64,000 bases of DNA from NCBI GenBank assembly GCA_964658305.1, contig OZ210885.1, positions 248,001-312,000 of the forward strand. The letters run 5' to 3'. Under the pieces are notes generated by a model. It searched no databases and was not told the DNA's origin. It saw only the letters and a program-made list of their open reading frames with translations. Source of the stretch: Leptogorgia sarmentosa (lineage: Eukaryota). A program made the translations under genes and the position numbers. This document shows positions 51,976 to 64,000 of this stretch, piece after piece. Within the stretch, counting starts at the first letter, position 1. The number at the start of each line of letters is the position of its first letter.

Positions 51976-52442
51976 CATGGGCGTACGGGCCGGGGGGCAC
52001 GGGGGGGGGGGCCTGTGCCCCCCCAAACCGTTCACGGTCGGGCAATTGAGCTCGAATCGTTCGGGCAAACATAACTCCATCATAGTTGATAGAATATTAA
52101 CTTTATTAGACAATATAACATCAACAATACGATGAAAATTATTATCCTCTAAAACATCCTATATGAAGTATTCTAATTCCAAAGCTCAAGTATTTCAGAT
52201 CAAATATGTATTACATAACGAAAGAGGTATAATATGACACCTTGAAAATGCCATTTCCGACGATCTAGAGACCCATAATATTTAAAATTTTCTTGCTCGG
52301 CGCCAACCATGGTGGCGCCTCGTGAGCTTCGCCCCCCCCTTACCTGTCAGCCCCCCCCCCCCACTTCAAATGTCGTTCCACAGGTCCTGTCGGGCAAACA
52401 ATAATGTGCCCCCCCAAACAAGATAGGGCCCGTACGCCCATG
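51976..52442. mobile_element. hAT-type MITE in FReD copy 3 intron 2
   Basis: 16-bp perfect TIR CATGGGCGTACGGGCC and an 8-bp TSD TTTTTCTG (51968-51975 and 52443-52450). The empty site is at ~39000. Confidence 0.9.
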
Positions 52443-53656
52443 TTTTTCTGATGAACATAAAACAGTGAAATAGCTACCATTTGACATTCATTTGACGTTC
52501 TGTTCGACGTACCTGTTTGATTATTATTGGGAACAAATACTTTCCAAATTGCATCAATTTTCGTCTGCATATCGTTAAGGCGAATTTCAAAGTTATTTAT
52601 ATTACAGCTCAGTTGAGCTCGTGACAATTTTGAGGTAACTGGTATACCATGAGTTGTGCTAAATAAATAGGATAAAGACGCAGTATTATTGTAGTAGTAC
52701 AGCCAATTCAAAAAAGTTGTTCAGTGAAAACGTTAAACTCTAAACCTGGAACATTAAACTCTAAGCCGTGGAAAGCGTAATGAGAGCACAAGTTTCCAAC
52801 TTTCTCGTTAAATATTTTCCACTATTTTTGAATGTACATGTATTATGACTATTATTCTCGCTGGGAGGTATAATCCATGTCTCTAAGGATTGATCTCCGC
52901 CATATATGACTTCTAAACGTTTAGAGTTTAGCGTTTAGAGTTTTATAGAGTTCGCAAAAGGTTGTTTTGTTGTAGTATAAACCCTTCATTCATTCTGGTA
53001 TAGAACCTAATTTCCTTTTAAGGCGCGTGAGAATGTTAGGCGCGTGATTTTAACATTTTGGAAACTTTATACCTTGACTGTGCGTATATAAAATTAATAG
53101 TTACAAAGTAAGTAATCTACTTGTGCATAATACGTACACGTAATTAATATGCTCAACGCGTATAATTAAGTCATTGGAATGTAAATGATTGACTGATCTG
53201 ACAACAAATTATATTAAACAACTATACTGCAACCCATAAAATTGCGCGCATTGTTGTCTTGTTTATCGAAGTTCTAGGTCATTCCCAAAAATAATCATGG
53301 ATGTGTTCAAACGTGTTCCTGAAACTCGAAACTATTGATGACTGAGTCATTCTTGGCGCAGTGCTATACTGATTGTTTTAAATTGCTGGAACTTTCGTCT
53401 TTCGAGATGCATTGTCAACAATTTAAAATGTACATGCAGAAAGGACCCACTATTTGTAAAAGAAAGAACCAACCATTTGTAATACTTTGGTGAAGTTAAA
53501 TGAACCTGTTTCATAAAATAATCACTAGAAAAACTACAACAATACAATTTTGAGAATTTCGATATCACAACTTAAGATATCCATTCAAAGACCTTTTCTG
53601 AACAAAGAAAAGGACCGAAGCTCAAATTGCATTCCTTCCTATCATATAGAAAAATA

Positions 53657-55030
53657 GGTACACAAAGTGTACATGTATCTGCGCCTATGTAGCTTGATGA
53701 TCAAGTCTTATTTGTTTTCAGCTTTTCGATACACGCATCTTATCTGTCCCTAATACGCGATCTTGCATGTATAAAATGGTTTACTGCTAGGGAATAGGCG
53801 AATAGCGCAAATACTAATTCCTTTCAAGACGTGAGGTTGTGCGGAGACGTATTCAATACTTGATATAAGCTTTCATGACTATCTCGCATTCCGGAATTCC
53901 CGCGATCATATATCAAATTGCATAAGGAATTGAAACTTGACGACATATGATATCGTATTTTATGTTATTGCGTCTTAGACACAGCGCTTTGCGATTGTTT
54001 GTGAAAAATGTGGCTCTCTAAAAACCAAATTTACCCTTTCCAATACCGTATCATAATAATATATTTATATACAATACATTCCGTCCATTCATGCGCATTT
54101 GCGTAGACGCTAAAGTGTATGTATGAGCGGTATGCGCATTGCGCGTAGGTTCAAAACAGAATACTTGAAACTATATATGATTTCGTTTGTTTTGTCTCGC
54201 GCTTAATAAACACACAAACCCGTTTTATTACAAGCTACGAAATCTATTTTCCTGGGATTGAATGTTTCAACGATTCCGAATGGCGAAGCGTCAAAATATA
54301 GTAGATATTCCGTGATCACAATGACACCGCGGGCAGTCCAAACATGTACAGTGTGTCAGGGCGACAGTGCCGACACGCTAAAGTATCGTAGGGAAAATAT
54401 ACGCGCAATTGTGTCAAGACATTAAACTCTTTCATAACCTTAAACTATTCGCTGTGTTCAATTGTATAAATTGCGTCATGATATTTTTGCTTTGATGATC
54501 TAAATTGCATAGCGAACGCGAACCTCTTTAATTAATATCTTTAAAAGCAATGCCAATGTCTGCAATTTGCGTCATGATATTTTTGCGTATTAATTTCCTT
54601 AGTATCAATGGTGTTCTAAACGGCGCAAACGCTCATAAATTAACCTCTATTTCAGTGAAGTCACTCGTCGCTGCGAACATTATATTTCTTTTTATCTGGA
54701 TATTCATGCGAAACAAAATCCACGATCAAACAGACAAACACATCACCCCTCTTAAGCTCGCGCCTATATCAGCCGCCATTTTGTAATATTTAGCCCGCAA
54801 GAACTCCACGTTGGTTCCCTTAAATTTGCGGGTGGGCTCAGTGAGAATTACGTCATCTCAATGGTACGTTGTCGTCTATTGGCTAAATTTAACTAACGAA
54901 TTCGCTGATTGGCTGCAAGCTAACAGCTAACAACTAACAGCTAACAGCTAACAGCTAACAGCTAACAGCTAACAGCTAACAACTCGATAGCAATATATCT
55001 GCGTCACTACGTCACGCAGATACAAAAATA
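53657..55030 (-). mobile_element. Helentron-associated non-autonomous element (HINE/DINE-1-like), copy A
   Basis: On the minus strand: T-run, sub-TIR GTATCTGCG with a nearby inverted repeat CGCAGATA, (TGTTAGC)n microsatellite (~54918-54982), 3' sub-TIR CGCAGATAC, then hairpin GTACAC-TTT-GTGTAC and a T-run. It is inserted in an A/T run that is empty in the other units. Confidence 0.78.
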
Positions 55031-56401
55031 GGTACACAAAGTGTACATGTATCTGCGCCTATGTAGCTTGATGATCAAGTCTTATTTGGTTTTCAGCATT
55101 TCGATACACGCATCTTATCCCTAATACGCGATCTTGCATGTATAAAATGGTTTACTGCTAGGGAATAGGCGAATAGCGCAAATACTAATTCCTTTCAAGA
55201 CGTGAGGTTGTGCGGAGACGTATTCAATACTTGATATAAGCTTTCATGACTATCTCGCATTCCGGAATTCCCTCCATCATATATCAAATTTCATAAGGAA
55301 TTGAAACTTGACGACATTATGATATCGCATTTTATGTTATTGCGTCTTAGACACAGCGCTTTGCGATTGTTTGTGAAAAATGTGGCTCTCTAAAAACCAA
55401 ATTTACCCTTTTCAATACCGTATCATAATAATATATTTATATACAATATATTCCGTCCATTCATGCGCATTTGCGTAGACGCTAAAGTGTATGTATGATC
55501 GGTATGCGCAGTACGCGTAGGTTCAAAACAGAATACTTGAAACTATATATGATTTCGTTTGTTTTGTCTCGCGCTTAATAAACGCACAAACCCGTGTTAT
55601 TACAAGCTACGAAATCTATTTTCCTGGGATTGAGTGTTTCAACCATTCCGTATGGCGAAGCGTCAAAATATAGTAGATATTCCGTGATCACAATGACATC
55701 GCGGGCAGTCCAAACATGTACAGTGTGTCAGTGCGACAGTTCCGACACGCTAAAGTATCGTGGGGAAAATATACGCGCAATTGTGTCAAGTCATTAAACT
55801 CTTTCATAACCTTAAATATTTGCTGTGTTCAATTGTATAAATTGCGTCATGATATTTTTGCTTTGATGATCTAAATTGCATAGCGAACGCGAACCTCTTT
55901 AATTAATATCTTTAAAAGCAATGCCAATGTCTGCAATTTGCGTCATGATATTTTTGCGTATAAATTGCCTTAGTATAAATAGTGTTCTAAGCGGCGCAAA
56001 CGCTCATAAATTAACCTCTATTTCAGTGAAGGCACTCGTCGCTGCGAACATTATATTTCTTTTTATCTGGATATTCATGCGAAACAAAATCCACGATCAG
56101 ACAGACAAACACATCACCTCTCTTTAGCTCGCGCCTATATCAGCCGCCATTTTGTAATATTTAGCCCGCAAAAACTCCACGTTTGTTCCCTTAAATTTGC
56201 GGGTGGGCTCAGTGAGAATTACGTCATCTCAATGTTACGTTGTCGCCTATTGGCTAAATTTAACTAACGAATTCGCTGATTGGCTGCAAGCTAACAGTTA
56301 ACAGCTAACAGCTAACAGCTAACAGCTAACAGCTAACAGCTAACAGCTAACAACACGATAGCAATATATCTGCGTCACTACGTCACGCAGATACAAAAAT
56401 A
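55031..56401 (-). mobile_element. Helentron-associated element, copy B, head-to-tail with copy A
   Basis: Direct repeat of 53657-55030 with scattered substitutions and the same termini; microsatellite ~56288-56352. Confidence 0.78.
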
Positions 56402-57838
56402 TACAGAAAGATTGTTTTTCCCGCCTGCGTGGCAGGCCACACAGCCTCTCTGGTTTGGGAAGATTTGATACTGTTCTCCAAAGTAATGTGGTCCAATGTT
56501 TTAGTGATTTGTGAGCCGTCTTACCTGCTTAACTGCAGTAACGTGCTACCAACTAGGACAAATAATTCTGACGTCTTCATGTCTGGAAATAAACGGTCTG
56601 TAGTGAAAAACAATTGGTAACAACGACACAAGTAAACAGGAAGGTAATGACATATTCAGTGTGTGGATATCAAGTTCTAAATTAATTAAAATAATTTAAT
56701 TAATTAATTAAGTATACCTGTACAGCGATAAGCAGGTCAGGTCCAGGTCGTTTCAGGGGCGCTCAGGTTATTAACTTTTAGTAACATGACACTCTGTAAG
56801 CATTTTAGTGGGCAAAGCAGTTAAAATCGAGACCTATTGTGTGATAAAATTGATATATTAAGCGATACATACCTTACTTGTATTACGATTCGCGTGGTAC
56901 TCGTTTTCGCTCAGTTCTAATTTCGCGCGATTTAACTCAGCACATCTTTTAGAGAACTCACTCGCACAGCTTTTCATTCGCGCAGAAAATTCCCCCAAGA
57001 AGGCTTGGAGATAATGTTTTTTGAAAGGTGACTCCTGATATATGTGTTATTTTTGCTATGGGTTAATTCGCGTTACGAGATGGAGTGAGCAGTAACGAAT
57101 TTTGGAATTTGTTGAAATTACGATATTTCGTGTCTTTACGATATTTTCGTAATTAGTGTCTCCAATTGAAGAAGGACCGTGTTTGGGAAAAGTATCGCAC
57201 GCTCTTTGGACAAGCATTTTAAGAGAAGCAGAGCGAAGTTGATGGTGGCGTTGAAAGAGTAAATCATCGGCCATGCAGTGCAGATTCTCAAGGGAATTTC
57301 ATGCAAAAACGAGTGAGTATACAAGATTTTACGTGGACCAAACAGTGAAACACTGCTTAAAAACAATAGAAGTTACGAACAGGGTTGGGGACATGATTTG
57401 GTGGCCAGGCGTAAAGCAAAGTTTAGAGGGTTGTTTGCAAGAAAAAGCAAAATCGAAGACCTAGGGCTTTGTCGCCGGAAACCATACAGAACCTACGGAC
57501 ACTTATTTCAAACAATGTGGTCAGTAATGACTGCCTGGAGAACAACACGATTTTGCAAACTTCCTAAACACAACCTTGCATTCTGGGTAACTATAAAATA
57601 ACAGATAGGTACATTGTTTATTTTTAAAACTTTATTGTTGATTAAAATTACATTAGCTAATTGCATTCAACTAAATTAAGAAGCATGTGAAAAAAGTTTA
57701 GAAAAACAGGCACATCACGTGATTACTCATGTGATTGCGACGTAAGCAACATTTTACTAAAACGAAAAGAATGATTGCAAAAAAAAATCAGAAATCAAAT
57801 TTGTTACGATTTGAATAAGACGGCAGTGTTCTGACTCG

Positions 57839-60800
57839 TCAAATGGCGATACTGTTTGGTACACGACCAGGCAGAAGCCATGCATAAGGAGCGACCATTC
57901 CTTCATTTCTTTTGTTGATTTTCTCTGTTATCACTTCAAGCTCAGCCTTGAATTTCGCCATAGCAGCTTGTGCTGAAGCATCACCAAACAGATTGTCAGC
58001 ATAATCACCGAGAAATTTCTAAAATCAAAGACTATTATTAATTCTGTAAACTTGGAGATGCGAAAAAAATCCCGTAAACTTTAAAAGAAACTTGGAACAG
58101 CTTGAACATTTCATCTTGTAGTACATGGTACGTTTGGGATTAGCTTTGTTGTGAAAAGTTAATTAATTATAACTTGTGAATTGTTGTGAAAAAAATTGCT
58201 TTCACTTTTAGTTTCGCTTTCACTTCGCAAAATTTTTGTTTGAATGAATTAGTTGCTGTCAAATTTTGTTTCAAATTGGGTTGGGAAAACATTCTGTTCA
58301 GCGTTCTATGCCACCCAGTAAGCACCTTGAAAGGATTTACAGCGGAAAATTGGTATTTATTATGCCATCTCTTTGCTAGTGGCTGAACGTTTACGAAATG
58401 AATTTTTTTAATTTTTGGAGTGTTCTGAAAAAGTTCTTAATGCCTTGTTTAGACATTCAATTAAATCTTAATTTAAAACGAGGTATTTCTGCATAACTCA
58501 CCTCAGTCGGATAAATAGTAGTTAAGGCATTCACAACAGTAACCATTTGAGCAGCTTGGTGTTTATTTGCCAGAGTGGACATAACGGCAGTGAGATCCAC
58601 TTGTCCTCTTTTGGTAGGCGGTGGTTGTCTCATCAATGTTGGAGCATTGGGATGGAAACCATATGTAGCTAACTGAGAGAAGTTCACAGCAGCATGTTGG
58701 CAAGAACAGGTGAAGATAACGATGGTGAGAAAATGGATGAGTTCGTCACGGTTCTTGAACGACTGCGGCACTTTTTTATCCACATTGTCGCTTCCAGATT
58801 TGTAGCCGTTATCATGGAGATCACGAATCCAGTCTTGAATCTCATTATCCTAAACAACATGGGATGAGATCAGCTGAAACCAACGGTGAAAGTAATGCAG
58901 TGACAAGCAGCTTTCGTGTGCAATAACTCAATCATGGCAGTGATGGCACCTAGATTTTTTAGCAACTACAGTATGTTATTGAGCGTTGCGCGGGGAATGT
59001 ATAACACTATGTTCATCAAGATTACAGACACGTACAGAAATAACGATGGCGAGTGTAACCTGAGCCGAAATGGTTTTTGAAAATTACGTTGGCTAATTTA
59101 TTCATACTTGTAAGTTACAATGTTTGTAACAGATGCCTAAAAATGTATAATTAGCAAAAGCAATCATATCTTTTCTTACTTTCTCTTTTTTCTATATGCA
59201 ATGACATTTGTTAGGTCTACCTATCTTTCCTTACTTCAGTACAAAGGAACAATAGTTTAAGTAATGCGAGGCTAGTGATGACCATGCTATTTGTTTGCAG
59301 CAATCGACTATCGAGCTGACGCGGCATCTTGCAAGCCAACGTCGGTTTACGATTAGTATATTCATATAACGTTTAAATTGGCGTGAAAATTGCAATTTTA
59401 TGGCTTCACATGAACATCGTAGACATGTGATCCACGCTAGAATAAAGAGATTCACTCACCACAGTTGACGTAGTATGGCAGACATTTTATGATTTGTATT
59501 ACTTAACATGCGGTAATTACCTTTTGAACATCAGTGTCGTCTTTGTAGTAAATGTGAATGATGTCTTTCACAAACTGATGGATGGCACCCCAGAGAAGCA
59601 AAGCATCATTTTTGTAATGGAATTTTCGTAGATCTTTGACACCACGATCAGTGAGATCTTTGATCAAATCATAACTATCAAATGTCACACTTCTGTAGTG
59701 CTTCTGCATTATGGTGACTTGGCCTCCACCACCGATACTGAGAACTTTGTCAGCTGCACCACCGACTGGAATCAATTTGTTGCGGCCATGAGTGTTGATC
59801 GCCATAATTCCTTTGGTGTGCGGATATAAAAGCTTCCAGACTGGATGAACAGATGAAAGATTGCGCCAAGAGGCCACTGCAGTTGGTTCCATCATTAAGT
59901 GACAACGAAGAAGATGAGTAATCATCTACAACGGAAAAACTGTTTCCATTAGTTGCAGTTTCCTATTGTACGACACGCCAATTTAATAATATATTAATAG
60001 TATTTGCTGTATATATGAGAAACAAATCGCATTAATACAGGTTGTGTCATATACAATCATCACATTGGGCAGTATATTGAAGCTATGAGCAAACGTGTTA
60101 ACATTTAACCTGATGATATTGTGTGTCAGCGCAACGAAGCCAAAGTTTTGCCATAATCCAGTCCCATTCTGTGTCTTGTTGAGGCGTCCATATTGGGGTA
60201 TTGGGGCCAGGCTGCTGACCTAGTTGAATGGCAATTGGCACCATATCGTCGTTATTTTTGAGGTAAAACAGCCCCATTGCTGGTGTGATGTAACGCTTAT
60301 CGTTTGGTTTGTCCATTGTTGCCACTCCTTCAAGGATTTTGTAGTCAACGAGGAAGATCAAGCCATCCTTAAACAAGAACAGTGTGTTTGTGGGACGACG
60401 AACAAAGACATGATTGTGTCAATAAATTAAACTTAAAGAAAAAAGCAAGAAACTGAAACATCTGTACCTTAATTGCTTTTTCCAGATTATATCCACGGTC
60501 CAACAGTTTGTCTACCATTTCAGTCTTCAAGGGGAAATTATCCGGCAGCTTTTTACATTTTCTGATCACTTCAGGATTGGAGGCGTTGAGAAATTGTGAT
60601 CCAAACCACACGTCATCTCGCCAGTACTCAGCAGCATGAGGGAGACCGCCAGGGATAACTGGAGTGATGAGTTGTCGGAAATCTTCCAAGCAATCCCATG
60701 AATCCCAGACATCAAAAATATGACTCAAGCCAAGATTTTCAAAATCTACCAATTTTGCTCGGAATAGGGATAACGTGGCCTCGTCAGTAAACTGGACGTC

Positions 60801-62082
60801 TTTTGGTAAAGACTGCGGATCTTTGCCTTCTACGAATCCTGGAAGATCTTGCATATAATTTGGATCGCTACCCCACTTGTATACTTTCCTGTTTTCACTG
60901 ACTTCGTTTTTGCGTTGCTCAGCAATAGCTTTGCCAGCATCTTTAGAATTTGCGATGAACGCTAAATGTAAGAAAAACAGGGTTTTATAATTTTTATAAC
61001 TTTTATTGTATATTGAATACCATGCAGATCATCTGTATTAAGTTAGATTAAGTCTGGGTTTAATAAGACCTCGATGCAAATACGGCTGTCTGCCATACTG
61101 TCGAGTCTACTCCAATGCCACGATTCGTGAAACTTGCGTATTGCTAGCAAGGAAACCGTTTAACAAATAAAGATTTCCCCATATTGCCAGTACAATACTG
61201 ACGCCATAGTCAATCCTTTGTGTTCAGCCTGCCTTAACTCAACTCAAACCATCTTAAAATTATGTTGAAAACTCAGACGTGGAAGAAACGAACCATGTTT
61301 TGCTGTTTATACCTTTGTCTTGGAACACTACCAACTGACTAACAACCCAGCGGTAACAAGGAAATTCATATTTCTTCTCTTCATTTTCTATTCCCTTCTC
61401 CACAATGACTTTAGCAATATACCAATCACTTTTAAAGCCCATTCCATTATTATTCAAGGTAATCATTACAACATCTCCAACGTCATCACCACTTACGACA
61501 TAGGTATCGGTGTCACCTCGTTCGAAGTCGTTGTGAAAAAACTTGTCGAGCGAGAATTTAGTTGTTTCAGCTCCATCTTTTCCTGTAAATATACATTATT
61601 TACACACGCTGTGACCATGCAGGTATATTTGTATTTGGAAAGAGGAAGAGGCGTGTCCCAGAAAGAATCACTACACATTTGAAAAACTTGAAAGTTTCTA
61701 GAGATATGGAGTGTTCAAATAAGTTACAAATTCACGAAACTTTTTAAAGGTTAATAATTTATAATTACTGTAGATTTTGAAGCATGCGACAAGCGATTTT
61801 ATTCATGAAAAGAAGAAAGAGATTAAAAAACAAAAAAACTTTGTATCTGCATTTGCCATCTATATTTGTCAAAAGGCAAATTATGCTCATTGTTCTCCAA
61901 AAATTGAATGTGTTTTTCTCCACTGTTTGATGGTTTTTACCTTGTTTACTGGTATTCAAACAATATATAAGAAAGAAAAATAAATTGGAAAAAGACTTAC
62001 CAGTGAGTTTGATTGAAACAGACGCATCTGTACCAGCGCCACGTAGAGTACCAGTTTCCACTGTAATCTTGTACTTCATCAT
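57839..62082 (-). CDS. 11R-LOX: 11R-LOX-like lipoxygenase, copy 4 (inverted, outside the array), intact, 677-678 aa
   Basis: Exons 62082/62079-62001, 61582-61313, 60961-60468, 60367-60110, 59925-59521, 58849-58502 and 58018-57839 match the exon lengths and phases of copies 1-3. THLLRCH, QHAAVN and PNSIAI* are present. Confidence 0.95.
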
Positions 62083-62654
62083 CACTTTTTATGGTTCAGA
62101 GGACTGAAAAAACACCCACAGTTTTTTTTGCAACTTGCAACGCAATTCTGCTTTCAAGACATGTAATTAGTGAAAACAGTTTGATTTGCAAAGAATTCAC
62201 TAGGAAAATCTGATAAGACTCGTACTTGCCAATTTCACATCTCTTAACAGTAGAATTGTGATGATGCAAGTTGCAAGAAAAATCGCATTAATTGTGTAAC
62301 AGGGCCTTAAGAGGAATTTTTGCAAAACAAATTCCGAATATCATCATTAATTTTTGAATATCGGTTCAACTTTATTCCTGAAGCCGGTCATTTTCATACC
62401 AATGAAGGAAGTAAATTTTATACAATAAAATTTAAATTAGGCTAACAAGCAAAAAACGTTTTACTTACTATCTAAGTACTGTACAGTGGATAACAATATT
62501 GAAGTTGAATTATTAAACATTTCAAAACTATTTTCAACCATCGTACACTGATTGACGGTTCCATTTCGCGTTTGAAAATCTGTTTTTTGCCGAATTAAAG
62601 CATGATTATGATTTCTTATTATATAATATTATATTTCTGAACGTCAGCGTTATA

Positions 62655-63240
62655 CAGGGTGTCTCAAAAAAAAGGTAATCCAACTTTGGCATGCCATTGT
62701 GCGTTAATTACTGGGTGTACGAACGTGATTTTTGCATGGTCATAAAGATCAAGGTCTTAGCAGTTGAATGACATATTTCTTGTACGATATGGAAGAAAAT
62801 CAGGCAAATGCGAGCGTATTGAAAAATCTCGGTGAAAAACGCATTCTTTCACCTCTGAGAATTGCAGCTAAACTTATTCAAAATTAACTCCCTCTGGGAC
62901 TCGAAGATGACGACCTTCCCTTCAACAATCGACCTGAATATGCATAATTATTAATAATCCTGATAAAATCTTTGTTACCATGACACATACGTGATGAATT
63001 GCATTTTTCTTTTGTTATGCACTGCTTTAATTAGGCACAGAGGTGAAAGAATGCGTTTTTCACCGAGATTTTCCAACACGCTCGCATTTGCCTGATTTTC
63101 TTCCATATCGTACAAGAAATATGTCATTCAACTGCTAATACCTTGATCTTTATGACCATGCAAAAATCACGTTCGTACACCCAGTAATTAACGCACAATG
63201 GCATGCCAAAGTTCGATTACCTTTTTTTTGAGACACCCTG
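62655..63240. mobile_element. Tc1/mariner-type MITE upstream of LOX copy 4
   Basis: CAGGGTGTCTCAAAA...TTTTGAGACACCCTG with ~203-bp TIRs (62655-62857 and 63038-63240), flanked by TA on both sides. Confidence 0.9.
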
Positions 63241-64000
63241 TAGTAATGTACAACATGAAAATTGCGTGTTCAGTTTTGGCCCCATGCATGCATGTATTGA
63301 TATCAGGAGATGCACGTCATTCACAAGCATTTTCACGTTGGCAGAATAGGCATGTGAAGCACTGATTATTAATTGCGGAAAGGCGTATTAGCATGCAAAA
63401 TAATCCACTGTTTGTTGTTGCGTTTTACACGTTTTTAGCGCTTGAGTTCAGAGATTAGGAGCCGCTTTGAAAGACCATCAAAGCAACCGCCATCTTTGAA
63501 AGATGTTTACACCATCATCAGCCCATCAAAGGGTTCATAAACAGTGGACATAGCTGATTAACCATTGCCATATTATATGCATCACACCACCGATCAGGGA
63601 TGGTTATAAATGCTTTTAATAGACAGCCGGTTCTTATAAGTCTGGCGTCAGCAAGATTAATAATTTTTGTGACGTCAAACGCGGATAAATACTAAATTCG
63701 CTAACGTTTTTTACGCTTCCATTTCGATTTGTTTTTATGAAAGAAAACCCCGAAAAAAGAAAAGATTCCGATAATTTGTTCATTTTTTCAAGCTCATAAG
63801 CAAGAAACGATGTTTTCATTCATATGTACGATAATATGTACAAGATATATTAGCTTTTTGCACTGTAAATGCGACAGGACAACAGAACATGGCTACATAT
63901 ACGACGAGAAGAACCAGTCACGTTTGGTTTGTTCTCGATTGCCAAGACTCGTCACGCCTTGAATGTAATATGAATTAATTTCTAAAGAAATCAGTCGGCA

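Larger units (their letters stand above)
50652..56580 (-). pseudogene. FReD protein, copy 3, 2-bp deletion in the last exon
   Basis: Exons 56580-56525, 52658-52513, 51703-51326 and 50921-50652 (270 nt against 272). The frameshift after WWYNSC gives a stop at 50784-50782. Confidence 0.88.
1..57250. repeat. Tandem array of a ~13.3-14 kb LOX(+)/FReD(-) cassette: three full units plus a partial fourth, probably continuing left of the window
   Basis: The anchor TCAACGCGTATAATT recurs at 1, 13324, 39706 and 53153. Spacer, exons and introns are near-identical between units. Unit 2 is longer (26.4 kb) because of 1.9 kb and 10.5 kb insertions. Homology to the unit fades at about 57250. Confidence 0.97.

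Noticed and set aside
54550..56127. ORFs inside the tandem 1.37 kb elements
   Set aside because: They are short, have no Rep/helicase motifs and have different stops in the two copies, so the element is non-coding.

Overview
AT-rich, intron-containing animal DNA, most likely an octocoral (soft coral), inferred from lipoxygenases that closely resemble, from memory, the Gersemia fruticosa arachidonate 11R-lipoxygenase. Most of the window (1 to ~57,250) is a tandem array of a ~13.3-14 kb two-gene cassette: a 7-exon PLAT+LOX gene (+) followed tail-to-tail by a 4-exon secreted fibrinogen-related (FReD) gene (-). A fourth, inverted, more ancestral-looking LOX follows at 57,839-62,082. LOX copies 1, 2 and 4 have intact reading frames, copy 3 has a nonsense codon, and each of the three complete FReD copies carries a different disabling lesion. 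Insertions, several confirmed by empty sites in sister units, are an internally deleted Academ-like DNA transposon, a BEL/Pao LTR retrotransposon, hAT and Tc1/mariner MITEs, a tandem dimer of a Helentron-type (HINE/DINE-like) element and an unclassified TIR element. The most unusual feature sits inside the BEL 3' LTR: a 4 kb Polinton/Maverick-derived element with AGTAGT...ACTACT termini and a 6-bp TSD. It is almost a complete palindrome of two inverted copies of one genome end, each carrying a packaging-ATPase gene, around a spacer with a GATATC minisatellite, and it resembles an integrated snap-back defective genome.
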